From Longimicrobiales bacterium (GTDB lineage Bacteria; Gemmatimonadota; Gemmatimonadetes; Longimicrobiales; Gaopeijiaceae), in assembly GCA_965202805.1 (NCBI GenBank), contig OZ241869.1:1344001-1408000 (forward strand): a DNA stretch of 64,000 nucleotides. The letters run 5' to 3'. The position numbers were made by a program, and so were the translations under genes. The notes under the pieces were generated by a model, which searched no databases, was not told the DNA's origin, and saw only the letters and a program-made list of their open reading frames with translations. This document shows positions 18,614-31,261 of the stretch, in pieces (the first letter of the stretch is position 1; the number at the start of each line of letters is the position of its first letter).

Positions 18614-19429
18614 CTACATCCCGCCCGCTTCCAGGAAGCCCGCCACCTCATGCCCGAAGACGCAGAACTCGCCCAGCGTTCCCGAGTCGGGACCGTGCCA
18701 GTCCGAGCCGCCGGTCGCGAGCAGGTTCCATGCCCGCGCGATCCGTTCCAGGGAGAGGATGCGCTCGGGTGAAGTTCGGGGCCGATAGACCTCGATCCCT
18801 CTCAACCCCGCCAGCTTGAGCCCCGGGATGAGCCCTTCCAGCAGCTCGAAAGGGGGATGGGCCCAGACCGGAATCCCGCCGGACTCCAGGATGATCCGGA
18901 TGGCTTCCTCAGCCGAAACGAAGGCGGTGGGGACGTACGCGGGATGCCGGTTGCCGATGAGCCGGTCGAAGGCGTCGGGGACACTGTCCGCATACCCTGC
19001 CCCCATCAGGGCGCGCGCGAGATGGGGCCGGCCCAGGCTGCGGCGCGAGGGCCCGGCGATTTCGACCACCGACTCGTACCGGACGTGAACGCCGCGGGCG
19101 GCCAGGCGCTGGATCATCTCCTGCATGCGGTCTTCGCGCCGGTGGCCCGCCCTACCCTCGTACGCGCGCAGCCGCGGCGCCGAGGGGTCCACGAAGTAGC
19201 CCAGGATGTGCAGCCCCCGGCCCGCGTGGACGGCGCTGATTTCGATGCCCGGAACGATCTCGATGGGGACTCGCGCAGCCGCCCTCCGGGCGTCTTCAAG
19301 ACCCTGGGTGGTGTCGTGATCGGTGAGCGCAATCACATCCAGCCGCCCGGCCGCGGCGGCCTCCACCACGCCCGAAGGAGGCTCGGAGCCGTCCGAGGCC
19401 TGGGAGTGCAGGTGGAGGTCCAGGCGCAC
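18614..19429 (-). CDS. PHP-domain phosphoesterase
   Basis: DLHLHSQASDG, ALTDHDT, HILGYF, GRPHLA, AHP, TGGSDWHG. Confidence 0.92.
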   Translation of the reverse strand: MRLDLHLHSQASDGSEPPSGVVEAAAAGRLDVIALTDHDTTQGLEDARRAAARVPIEIVPGIEISAVHAGRGLHILGYFVDPSAPRLRAYEGRAGHRREDRMQEMIQRLAARGVHVRYESVVEIAGPSRRSLGRPHLARALMGAGYADSVPDAFDRLIGNRHPAYVPTAFVSAEEAIRIILESGGIPVWAHPPFELLEGLIPGLKLAGLRGIEVYRPRTSPERILSLERIARAWNLLATGGSDWHGPDSGTLGEFCVFGHEVAGFLEAGGM

Positions 19430-19433
19430 GGGG

Positions 19434-19703
19434 TCAGCCGGAAGAGGTGGTGCGCCCCGACTCCGTAAGGACGATCACTTCATCGGCGAGGACCTTGAGC
19501 ACGCCGCCCGAAACCGGATGCCGGGCACTGCCTCCGCCCACGAGGTCCACATCCACCTCTCCCTCTCCGAGCAGGGCCAGGAAGGGGGCGTGGCCGGGAA
19601 GGATGCCCACCTTGCCGTCCCACGCAGGCGCGACCAGCGAAGCGGCCTCGCCCTCGAAGAGGACCCGCTCCGGGTTCACCACCTTGAGGTTGAGGGCACC
19701 CAC
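19434..19703 (-). CDS. atpC: F1 ATP synthase epsilon subunit (N-terminal domain only)
   Basis: LKVVNPERVLF, APAWDGKVGILPGHAP, SGGVLKV; GTG start directly after atpD stop. Confidence 0.9.
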   Translation of the reverse strand: MGALNLKVVNPERVLFEGEAASLVAPAWDGKVGILPGHAPFLALLGEGEVDVDLVGGGSARHPVSGGVLKVLADEVIVLTESGRTTSSG

Positions 19704-19704
19704 G

Positions 19705-21216
<1,512 letters not shown>

Positions 21217-22077
21217 TTATCCGACGCCCTCCGCGCCGCCCACGATCTCCGCGATCTCCTGCGTGATCTGCGCCTGGCGGGCCCGGTTGTAGGTGCGGGT
21301 GAGATGTTCGATCATATCTCCCGCGTTGTCGGTCGCGTTCTTCATGGCCGTGCGGCGGGCGCCCTGCTCGGCGGCCGCGTTCTCCACCAGCGACCGGTAG
21401 ACCATGTTGCGCAGATACAGGGGAATGAGTTCGCGCAACACTCCGACCGCGGTGGGCGACAGGATGAACGCCTCGGCCGACAGGGCTCCCTCGGACGGTT
21501 GCAGCGGCAGCAGCCGGCGCGTCCGCGGAGGCGTCGACATGGCGGAGCGGAACTCCGAAGAGATCAGGTACACCGCATCGATTTCACCCGCCTCGAAGGC
21601 TTCGCGCAACGATCCGGTGAGCGACTCGGCATCGGTGACGGTCGGGTCGTCGCTGATATCGGTGCGGCTCGAGGCGATGGGCTCGCCCCGGAACCGGAAG
21701 TAGGCCAGCCCCTTGCGGCCGGCCAGATGCAGATCGACCTCCACCCCGTCGCTCCGCAGCTCTTCGAGCAGTTGACGCCCCTCGCGAATGAGGTTGGCGT
21801 TGAAGGCTCCGGCGAGCCCCCGGTTGGCGGTCATCAGGAGGATGGCGGCGCGACGGACCCGCTCCGGCCTGCGAAGCACCGGCAGGTGCTCGGCGAATTC
21901 CGGGGCATGGAGGCTGGAGACGATGGCGCTCAGAGCCTCGCTGTAGGGCCGCGCCGCGTTTACCCGGTCGGTGGCCCGCTTCAGCTTGGAGGTCGCCACC
22001 AGCTCCATGGTCCGCGTGATCTGGCGCGTATTCTCTACCGAGCGAATGCGGCGCTTGACATCGCGGGCTCCCGGCAT
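21217..22077 (-). CDS. atpG: F1 ATP synthase gamma subunit
   Basis: RIRSV..TRQITRTMELVA, RGLAGAFN, AMKNATDNA, RQAQITQEIAEIVGGA. Confidence 0.98.
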   Translation of the reverse strand: MPGARDVKRRIRSVENTRQITRTMELVATSKLKRATDRVNAARPYSEALSAIVSSLHAPEFAEHLPVLRRPERVRRAAILLMTANRGLAGAFNANLIREGRQLLEELRSDGVEVDLHLAGRKGLAYFRFRGEPIASSRTDISDDPTVTDAESLTGSLREAFEAGEIDAVYLISSEFRSAMSTPPRTRRLLPLQPSEGALSAEAFILSPTAVGVLRELIPLYLRNMVYRSLVENAAAEQGARRTAMKNATDNAGDMIEHLTRTYNRARQAQITQEIAEIVGGAEGVG

Positions 22078-22078
22078 G

Positions 22079-23653
<1,575 letters not shown>

Positions 23654-23680
23654 GCCCAGTCCTCTGGTAACTCGAAGGCG

Positions 23681-24256
23681 TCAGCCTCCGCCGTTGGTTG
23701 TTCCAGTGCCGCCCAGGGATGCCGCCAGCAGCGAGTGGCGCATCCCTTCGAGGCGACGTCTCAGGGAGCCGTCGTATACCTTGTCGCCCGCGCGCACCAC
23801 CACCCCGCCCAGGATTTCCGGGTGGACCCGGAAGTGGGGAATCGCGGTCCGGCCCAGCAGCCGCGAGAGCCGGCCGGCGACGCTTGCCTGCGCCGCGTTG
23901 TCGAGCGGGCGAGCCACCGTGACCTCCACGTGGACCCGCTTGCGGTGTTCGTCCAGAAGCTCGTTGTAGCAGAGCGCGATCTGCTCGAGCAGCGCCTGCC
24001 GGCGCTTGTCGACCGTGACCAGCACGAAGCTGAGAAAGTGTCCCGGGACGCGATCCGCGAGAGCCGTGCGCAGCACCACCTTCTTGTCGGCGGCGGCGAT
24101 GCGCGGCGTGGCCAGGAAGGTGCGCAGCCCCGGGCTGTCGTTGAGGACCGCGACCAGGGCGGCGAGCGCGTCCTGGTAGGCCTCGACACCTTCGTGACGC
24201 TCCGCCAGCGCGAAGAGGGTTTCCGCGTAGTTCCTCGCGACCGTCTCTTCCCTCAC
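23681..24256 (-). CDS. atpH: F1 ATP synthase delta subunit
   Basis: VARNYAETLF, ILGGVVVRAGDKVYDGSL; operon position. Confidence 0.95.
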   Translation of the reverse strand: MREETVARNYAETLFALAERHEGVEAYQDALAALVAVLNDSPGLRTFLATPRIAAADKKVVLRTALADRVPGHFLSFVLVTVDKRRQALLEQIALCYNELLDEHRKRVHVEVTVARPLDNAAQASVAGRLSRLLGRTAIPHFRVHPEILGGVVVRAGDKVYDGSLRRRLEGMRHSLLAASLGGTGTTNGGG

Positions 24257-24837
24257 GCGTCGCGCCCCTTCGCCGTGTCGGAGAGCGACGCCAGGTAGTC
24301 GTTCACCAGCGCGCGGTCCTCCGGCGCGTCCAGACGCTGCCGGACCAGCCTGGAGGCGGCCGCGAGGGCAAGGCCCACGGTCTCCTTGCGGATCGCCTCG
24401 AGCACGGCGTCCCGCTCCACCTCGATCTCGCGCCGCGCGCGCTGAACGATGGCGGCGCTCTCTTCCCGCGCCTTCGCCTCCATCTCGCTCCCGAGGCGGG
24501 CCGCAGCCTCCTTGGCTTCGGCGATGATGTGCCGTGCCTCGTGGCGGGCCTCATGCAGCTGCAGCCTGTGCCGGTCGAGCGCGTCGGACGCTTCCCGGCG
24601 CAGCTGCGCAGCATCGTCGATGGAGTTCTGGATGTTCTGCTCGCGGGCCTCGAGCGCCTTCAGGATCGGACCCCAGGCGAACCTCGCGAGCAGCCCGAGA
24701 AGGATCAGAAAGACAATCAGCGCCCACAGGCTCAGGCCGGTGTTGATGTCGAAAAGCCCCGGGCCTTCCTGCGCCACGAGGGATGCCGGAACGGCGTGGA
24801 GTGCTGCCATCGCGGCAGCCACCGGTAAAGCTCTCAT
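24253..24837 (-). CDS. atpF: Fo ATP synthase subunit b
   Basis: TM helix then AWGPILKALEAREQNI and coiled coil; start uncertain (24837 or 24918). Confidence 0.93.
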   Translation of the reverse strand: MRALPVAAAMAALHAVPASLVAQEGPGLFDINTGLSLWALIVFLILLGLLARFAWGPILKALEAREQNIQNSIDDAAQLRREASDALDRHRLQLHEARHEARHIIAEAKEAAARLGSEMEAKAREESAAIVQRARREIEVERDAVLEAIRKETVGLALAAASRLVRQRLDAPEDRALVNDYLASLSDTAKGRDA

Positions 24838-24931
24838 AATCGCGCCACCAAGGGTTCCCCGACGGGCACCCGGGCCCGGCCGGACGCGGGTCCGGCGCAG
24901 GTGACGGGCGTCCGTCACCGGGGAAACCGGC

Positions 24932-25273
<342 letters not shown>

Positions 25274-26179
25274 TCAGTGGGCGTGGCGGATCAGGCCGAT
25301 GAAGACGGCCGTGAGCATGGCGAAGATGTAGGCCTGGAGGAAGGCCACGAACAACTCGAGGACCATCATCAGCGTGGTGGCCGTGACCGAGGCCCCGGCG
25401 ACCACCCACCTTCCGAAGGTGAGCTCTGCGAAGATGAAGATCAGGCCCAGGAGAGAGAAAATGAGCGTGTGTCCCGCCGTCATGTTGGCGAAGAGCCGGA
25501 CCGCCAGGGCGAAGGGCTTGGTCAGCTTGCTGACCAGCTCGACGGGGATCATGACCAGCAGCATGATCGGCTTCATCCAGCCGGGGATCCCCTTCGGCAC
25601 GAAGAAGATGGTGCGCGCGTAGCCGGCGGGGCCGAGCGCGCGGAACCCCGATACCTCGACGACCAGGAAGGTGAGGATCGCCAGGACGGCGGTGACGGAG
25701 ATGTTTCCGGTTGCCGACGCCCCCCAGGGCACCAGCCCCAGAAGGTTCATGGTGAGGATGAAGAAGAACAGCGTCAGGATGTAGGACGTGTACCTGTCGG
25801 CCCCCTTGCCGATGTTCTTGCGCACCACTTCGTCGCGGAAGTAGAGCACCAGCGCCTCGATCGCGTTGGCGAACCCCGAGGGCGCCTCGTGCAGGCCGCG
25901 CCGCCTCGCCGTGCGCCCGACCATCGTGAACACCAGCGCGCAGATGACCGCGGCCAGCAGAAGGAACACGACGTGCTTGGTGGGCGACAGATTGACCGCG
26001 AGGGGCCCCAGGTGGAGGGGCTCCCACTCGGGCAGATGCAGGGGCGCACCGAACGGATGCTCGATTTCCGGGGCGTCCACGATGTGGTGCATGAGGGTGC
26101 TGCCGAGATCCGACCCTCCGCCCTCGGCCCCGTGGGCGGGCGCACCGTGCCCTTCCTGCGGCAGTGCGGTCGGGATCAT
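25274..26179 (-). CDS. atpB: Fo ATP synthase subunit a
   Basis: KPFALAVRLFANMTAGH, LELFVAFLQAYIF. Confidence 0.97.
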   Translation of the reverse strand: MIPTALPQEGHGAPAHGAEGGGSDLGSTLMHHIVDAPEIEHPFGAPLHLPEWEPLHLGPLAVNLSPTKHVVFLLLAAVICALVFTMVGRTARRRGLHEAPSGFANAIEALVLYFRDEVVRKNIGKGADRYTSYILTLFFFILTMNLLGLVPWGASATGNISVTAVLAILTFLVVEVSGFRALGPAGYARTIFFVPKGIPGWMKPIMLLVMIPVELVSKLTKPFALAVRLFANMTAGHTLIFSLLGLIFIFAELTFGRWVVAGASVTATTLMMVLELFVAFLQAYIFAMLTAVFIGLIRHAH

Positions 26180-26192
26180 GGAGTCCTCCCCA

Positions 26193-26564
26193 TCAGGCAG
26201 CTTCCGCCGCGGACCGCATGCGGGCGGCGAGAAAGACCGGCTCGAGCATCAGGAGCACGAAGAAGAACCCCGCGCAGCCCAGCAGGGTGGTGGCGGGGGA
26301 AAGAGCGGGAAGCAGCGTCACCGCCAGCCCCAGGGCGATCACGATGGCCATGCGAACGACCGCGGCCCCGATCCACACCACCAGGCCCTCGGCGGGCCGC
26401 ACGGCGTGCCTGCAGAGCAGGGCGAAGGCAGCGACCTGAACCGGAAACGTGATGGCGGCCGCGACCAGAAGACCGGCCCTGCCGGGGCCGTCGAGCCAGG
26501 GGAACATCACGCCGTTTGCCGCGGCCAGGATGGCGAGGGCCGCCCCCGCGTACTTGAGCGTCAT
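26193..26564 (-). CDS. AtpI-like four-TM membrane protein
   Basis: Four hydrophobic segments from MTLKYAG, immediately upstream of atpB; ATGA overlap with upstream gene. Confidence 0.7.
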   Translation of the reverse strand: MTLKYAGAALAILAAANGVMFPWLDGPGRAGLLVAAAITFPVQVAAFALLCRHAVRPAEGLVVWIGAAVVRMAIVIALGLAVTLLPALSPATTLLGCAGFFFVLLMLEPVFLAARMRSAAEAA

Positions 26565-26848
26565 CGCTCGTGTTCTTCCCGTTCTCTCTGCCGGCGTGGT
26601 TCCAGGACGACGTGGTAGTAGAGGCTGTACAAGCCCGCGGCCGCTCCGACGAAGGCGCCCAGGACGGTGAACACCGGGACCGTCCCCAGCCGGTTGTCCA
26701 ACAACCAGCCCACCCACAGGAAGAGCCCGGTGGCGAGCGCCAGGGTGAGTCCCTGCCCCGCAACGCGGGCTGCATCTGCCCGAGGATTCCACGGATCTCC
26801 TGCCGGAGCTCGCGGGGGCTTGTCGTCGCCCACCTGGTCAACCTCCAC
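26561..26848 (-). CDS. AtpZ/AtpI family protein
   Basis: GLTLA..GWLLDNRLGTVPVFTVLGAFVG motif; first gene of the atp operon. Confidence 0.88.
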   Translation of the reverse strand: MEVDQVGDDKPPRAPAGDPWNPRADAARVAGQGLTLALATGLFLWVGWLLDNRLGTVPVFTVLGAFVGAAAGLYSLYYHVVLEPRRQREREEHER

Positions 26849-26881
26849 GGGTGCGATCCCACCCCGGAAAACAGCCGACAG

Positions 26882-26910
26882 AAGCTAGAAGGTTGGCGCA
26901 CCCGACGCAA
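26882..26910 (-). promoter_or_regulatory. Putative sigma-70 promoter of the atp operon
   Basis: TTGCGT-17 nt-TAGCTT, ending 33 nt before the atpZ start. Confidence 0.5.
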
Positions 26911-27135
26911 CCTCCGAAGGAGCCTTCTCCGGTGTCCCCGCGAAATGGCCTGCGCGAAGGCACTTGCGCCGCGCGCGGCTGGCGTGGCGGGGGCCCGTTC
27001 CCCTACCTTCGGCACGCCCGGATCCTGTACCGGAAATCGGTTTATTCCCGCTAGGTTTGCCGAATCTGCGATCGCGCGGATGCGACGGTCATCCGCAGCC
27101 CATCCCTCGATTCGACCCCGGAGCTGCAACCCGAC

Positions 27136-28152
27136 ATGAGAGCGCTCGAGAACACGATGGTGGACGACCGGGATCTGCTGCTGCTCGATCGGGTCGGCAC
27201 GGTCACGCAGGCGCTGCGCAACGAAGTCGCGAAGCGGATCGTGGGTCAGGAAGCGATCGTTGGCGGACTTCTCACGGCTCTGCTTGCGAACGGCCACGTT
27301 CTCCTGGTGGGCGTGCCGGGACTCGCGAAGACACTGCTGGTCTCGACACTCGCCGACGCCCTCGATCTGGAGTTCGGCCGCGTACAGTTCACGCCCGATC
27401 TGATGCCCACGGACATCACCGGGACCGAGGTGATCGAGGAGGACCGGACTTCCGGGCGGCGGGTGTTCCGCTTCGTGCGCGGACCCATCTTCGCCAACGT
27501 GGTGCTCGCGGACGAGATCAACCGGGCGCCGCCCAAGACCCAGGCCGCGCTCCTTCAGGCGATGCAGGAACGTGCAGTCACGGCGTCGGGCGAAACCATG
27601 CCCCTTGCTCCTCCGTTCTTCGTGCTGGCGACCCAGAATCCCATCGAGCAGGAGGGCACCTATCCTCTTCCGGAGGCGCAGTTGGACCGCTTCATGCTCG
27701 AACTGCGCATCGGCTATCCCGATCAGCGGGAGGAGGAGGAGATCGCCATGAGAACCACCGGCGCGGACGACGGCCTCGTCTCGCCTGTCGTCGCCGCGGG
27801 AGAGCTGATCGAGCTGCAGAACCTGGTGCGGCGGGTGCCGGCGTCGCCGGCGCTGATCTCCTTCGCTGTCCGCCTGGCGCGCGCGACACGCCCTTCCCCC
27901 GACGCGCCCATGGTCACGAGAAAGTACGTGAGCTGGGGAGCGGGGCCGCGCGCCTCCCAGTTCCTCGTGCTGGGCGCCAAGGCGCGCGCAGCGATGAACG
28001 GGGAAGCCATGCCCTCGATCGACGACGTGAGCGCAGTGGCGGACGACGTCCTGGCGCATCGCCTGGTGCTGAACTTCGAGGCGGAGGCCGACAGGCGGGG
28101 CACCCACGACATCATTCGCGAGCTGCTTGAGGAGAGCCGCCAGTGGAGGTAG
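27136..28152 (+). CDS. MoxR family AAA+ ATPase
   Basis: GHVLLVGVPGLAKT, RVQFTPDLMP, LADEINRAPPKTQAALL, ATQNPIEQEGTYPLPEAQLDRF. Confidence 0.96.
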   Translation: MRALENTMVDDRDLLLLDRVGTVTQALRNEVAKRIVGQEAIVGGLLTALLANGHVLLVGVPGLAKTLLVSTLADALDLEFGRVQFTPDLMPTDITGTEVIEEDRTSGRRVFRFVRGPIFANVVLADEINRAPPKTQAALLQAMQERAVTASGETMPLAPPFFVLATQNPIEQEGTYPLPEAQLDRFMLELRIGYPDQREEEEIAMRTTGADDGLVSPVVAAGELIELQNLVRRVPASPALISFAVRLARATRPSPDAPMVTRKYVSWGAGPRASQFLVLGAKARAAMNGEAMPSIDDVSAVADDVLAHRLVLNFEAEADRRGTHDIIRELLEESRQWR

Positions 28153-28252
28153 ATCCCAGCAGTACCAGCGCTTCCGAGCCTCCGTCACGCCGGCGGAGCC
28201 GACCCGCGGAGGTCGGATCGGCGTCGGGCCTCCCGCGGACGGGAGCCCTCAA

Positions 28253-29503
28253 TTGACCACAATCCTGCTGGGCCTCGGGCTTCTGCTGCTCGTCGGGTCG
28301 GCGCTGTTGACCGCGGCCCATACCGCGTGCGTCACGGTGGGCGATTCGCGCATCCGCACCCTCGTGGACGAAGGCTTCCAGGAGGCCGACAAGCTGTCGC
28401 GCCTGCGGGAGGAGCCCGATAGGTTCCTCGACTCCTACGTGCTCTTCGACACGGTGTTCAACGCGGGCGCCGCCGGGCTGTGGGTCGGGGCGTCGGCGAG
28501 TGGCGGGACGGGCTCCGTGGTTGTCGCCGCGGTCGTGGCCATCGGGACGGTTCTGGTCGCCGGCGAGCTGGTGCCACGGGCAGTGGCCCAGGCCAGGCCG
28601 GTTCGGCTGGCGCTGGTCAGCGCGCCCGTTCTGCTGCTGCTCGAGCGGCTCTCGCGTCCGCTCCTGTACCCGGTACGGCGATTCGCGCGCTACTGGACCC
28701 ACCGGCCGGGCGATGAGGGCCGCTCGGTCGAGGAGCGGGAGGTCAGCGAACTGGCCGAGCTGGGTCAGGAGGAAGGCGTCGTGCTGCCGGAGGAGCACGA
28801 GCTGGCGGAACGGGCCTTTCGCCTGGACGAGACCACCGCCTGGGACGTCATGACGCCGCGCGTGTCCATCTTCGCCTGGAGCGACTCGCTGAGGCTCGAC
28901 GACATCATCGAACAGTTGCCCGAGGTGCCGTATTCGCGGGTGCCGGTGTTCGGCGAATCCATCGACGATGTCACCGGCATCCTCTATGTGCGCGAAGCCT
29001 ATGCGGCCCACTCCGGCGGGCAGGCGAAGGCGCGGCTGTCGGAGCTCGCGCGGGAGCCCTTCTTCGTCCCCGGTTCCCTGCCGCTCACGCGCCTGCTGCG
29101 TGATTTCCAGGGCCGGCGCATTCACATGGGCATCGTGGCCGACGAATTCGGGGGCACCGACGGTCTCGTCACGCTGGAGGACATCCTGGAGGAGCTGGTC
29201 GGCGAGATCGTGGACGAAACCGATCCGGCCTCCGAGCCCATCGTGCGCGTATCCCGCACGGAAGCGATCGTCGAGGGCTCAACGGAACTTCGGGAGATCA
29301 ACTACGCGATGAACGTCTCCCTGCCCTATCTCGAGCACCGCTCGCTGAACGGATTCCTGGTGGAAAAGCTGGGCCAGGTGCCCGCTCCGGGGGAGGAGGT
29401 GAAGGTGTCGGGTGTCGAGATCGAGATCATGGAGGCCTCCGAGACCCAGATCCTGCAGGTCAGGCTGCGGAGGATGCCGGCTGCCGGGGGCGAGGGCGAG
29501 TAG
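28253..29503 (+). CDS. CNNM/HlyC-CorC family membrane protein (DUF21-CBS-CorC)
   Basis: N-terminal TMs with GELVPR, DVMTPR, YSRVPV, VADEFGGTDGLVTLEDILEELVGEI; TTG start at 28253 is a best guess. Confidence 0.92.
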   Translation: MTTILLGLGLLLLVGSALLTAAHTACVTVGDSRIRTLVDEGFQEADKLSRLREEPDRFLDSYVLFDTVFNAGAAGLWVGASASGGTGSVVVAAVVAIGTVLVAGELVPRAVAQARPVRLALVSAPVLLLLERLSRPLLYPVRRFARYWTHRPGDEGRSVEEREVSELAELGQEEGVVLPEEHELAERAFRLDETTAWDVMTPRVSIFAWSDSLRLDDIIEQLPEVPYSRVPVFGESIDDVTGILYVREAYAAHSGGQAKARLSELAREPFFVPGSLPLTRLLRDFQGRRIHMGIVADEFGGTDGLVTLEDILEELVGEIVDETDPASEPIVRVSRTEAIVEGSTELREINYAMNVSLPYLEHRSLNGFLVEKLGQVPAPGEEVKVSGVEIEIMEASETQILQVRLRRMPAAGGEGE

Positions 29504-29507
29504 GAGA

Positions 29508-30092
29508 ATGGCGTTGATCCTGCCCTTCAACGGGCACACTCCCAGGGTAGCCGAGAGCGCCTTCCTGGCTCCCACGGCGGTCCTCATCGGCGACGTGACG
29601 GTGGGAGAGCAGGCCAGCGTCTGGTTCGGGGCGGTCCTGCGGGGGGACAACCCGGAGCACGGAGTCGTGATCGGCGCGCGCAGCAACGTCCAGGAGAACT
29701 GCGTGGTGCATGTGGGCCACTGGGGGCCGACGGTGGTCGGAGAGGACGTGACCGTCGGGCACGGGGCCAAGTTCGAGAGCTGCGCGATCGGGGACAACAC
29801 GGTCGTCGGGATGAACGCCGTCATCCTGCAGGGCGCGCGGGTGGGCCCCGGCTGCGTGCTGGCGGCGGGCACGGTGGTGCTCGAGGGCGCCGACATCCCG
29901 GCGAACAGCCTGGTCGCGGGCGTACCCGGGCGGGTCAGGAAGACCCTGGAGGGGGCGTCGGCGCGCTGGGTGGAGGGAGGCGGGAGCCACTACGTGCGGC
30001 TGTCGCGGCGGTACATGGAGGAGCTGGGCCTCAAGGCAGCCCGGACAGCCGCAGATACCAGTCGAGCAGGCCCTCCCCCCACCAGTGAGTGA
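29508..30092 (+). CDS. Gamma carbonic anhydrase family protein
   Basis: AVLIGDV, WFGAVLRGD, NVQENCVVH, VTVGHGA hexapeptide repeats; AGGAG RBS. Confidence 0.92.
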   Translation: MALILPFNGHTPRVAESAFLAPTAVLIGDVTVGEQASVWFGAVLRGDNPEHGVVIGARSNVQENCVVHVGHWGPTVVGEDVTVGHGAKFESCAIGDNTVVGMNAVILQGARVGPGCVLAAGTVVLEGADIPANSLVAGVPGRVRKTLEGASARWVEGGGSHYVRLSRRYMEELGLKAARTAADTSRAGPPPTSE

Positions 30093-31146
30093 CGGCGGCG
30101 CCGACCGCCAGGAACACGCCGAGGGGCACCAACTGCCGGGTTCCGAGCAGGAGGCGGAGCTTGAGGTAGGCCAGGAGGCCGGCGAAGGCCCCCAGGAATA
30201 CCGTCAGGACCACACCCCAGGGACCGGTGAACGCACCCACCAGCGCCATCATCTTGACATCTCCTCCTCCCAGGACGGCCTCCGGAGCCACGGGCGCGGA
30301 GGCCGATTCATGCGCGCGGGCCGATTCATGCGCGCGGGCCGGCACTGCGGGGAGCGCTTGTGGTCCAGCGTCCGCTTCCACCCCCAGCCCCTCCACCCAG
30401 GCGACCAGGACGGCCAGCCCGGCCGCGCCGGCCGCCACCGCCGCGGCCGCGCCGACCGCCCCGAACCACCACCCCGCCAGCACCATCACCGGAAGGGCCG
30501 GCAGCAGCGCCGCCAGTTGGCCGCGCGGCCGCGCCAGGACGCGCACCGCCCGTGCGTTCCGAGTCCGCCGGCGGCCCTGGTCGTGTTCCCGGGCGGCCGC
30601 CTCCAGCCGGCCCGGACGCACGCGCGCGAGCACACAGGTTCCCGCCGTCCCCACCAGCCACATCCCCCCGAACCCCGCCGCCGCCCCCGCGGCCGCGCTC
30701 CCCGGCGTGATTCCCCCGGGCGCGAGCGACAGAGCCAGTCCGGCCGCCGCCCCGCCGAGCGAGAACTGGTCGGGGATCAGGTAGAGGCGGGCGTCGGTAA
30801 GGGCGATACCCAGCAGGACGAGCAGGAAGAAACCGGCGGTGGCCGCCTCGAGGCTCAGGCCGCGGGTCAGGACCGCGAGCACACAGATCGCGCCGCCGGC
30901 CCCCTCCACCAGCGGGTAGGAGAGGGAAATGCGCGCATCGCACCCCCGGCAGCGGCCGCGCAGCAGGAGCCAGCTCAGCACCGGGATCTGGTCGTGCCAG
31001 CGAATGGGCGCCGAGCACGTCGGGCACGCCGAGCGCGGCCGCACCACCGACGCCCCGCGCGGCCAGCGCGCCACGCACACGTTGAGGAACGACCCGAGCG
31101 CCAGGCCGGCCAGCGCGGCGAGGAAGAGCGCCACGGGATCGGTCAT
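30031..31146 (-). CDS. pilD: Prepilin peptidase
   Basis: GSFLNV, SACPTC...GRCRGC Zn motif, TD..LYLIPD and GGGDVK aspartates. Confidence 0.92.
   Translation of the reverse strand: MTDPVALFLAALAGLALGSFLNVCVARWPRGASVVRPRSACPTCSAPIRWHDQIPVLSWLLLRGRCRGCDARISLSYPLVEGAGGAICVLAVLTRGLSLEAATAGFFLLVLLGIALTDARLYLIPDQFSLGGAAAGLALSLAPGGITPGSAAAGAAAGFGGMWLVGTAGTCVLARVRPGRLEAAAREHDQGRRRTRNARAVRVLARPRGQLAALLPALPVMVLAGWWFGAVGAAAAVAAGAAGLAVLVAWVEGLGVEADAGPQALPAVPARAHESARAHESASAPVAPEAVLGGGDVKMMALVGAFTGPWGVVLTVFLGAFAGLLAYLKLRLLLGTRQLVPLGVFLAVGAAVTHWWGEGLLDWYLRLSGLP
30301..30340. repeat. 18-bp tandem duplication inside pilD
   Basis: GGCCGATTCATGCGCGCG x2 (ARAHES ARAHES). Confidence 0.9.
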
Positions 31147-31226
31147 GCGCGCGTGACCGCGAAAGGCCCACCCCGCCGCCGTCTCCGGGAACGGCGGAGC
31201 GCGCGCCGGGGCCGCGGGAGGTAGCC

Positions 31227-31256
31227 CGCGACCGCTGCCGTCGCGACCGCTGCCGT
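31227..31256. repeat. 15-bp intergenic tandem duplication
   Basis: CGCGACCGCTGCCGT x2 just after the TrmH-family stop. Confidence 0.9.
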
Positions 31257-31261
31257 GTCGA

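Noticed and set aside
26894..26909. TGGCGC-N-ACGCA as a sigma-54 promoter for moxR
   Set aside because: Poor -12 element, far from the gene, and it coincides with the better sigma-70 candidate on the other strand.
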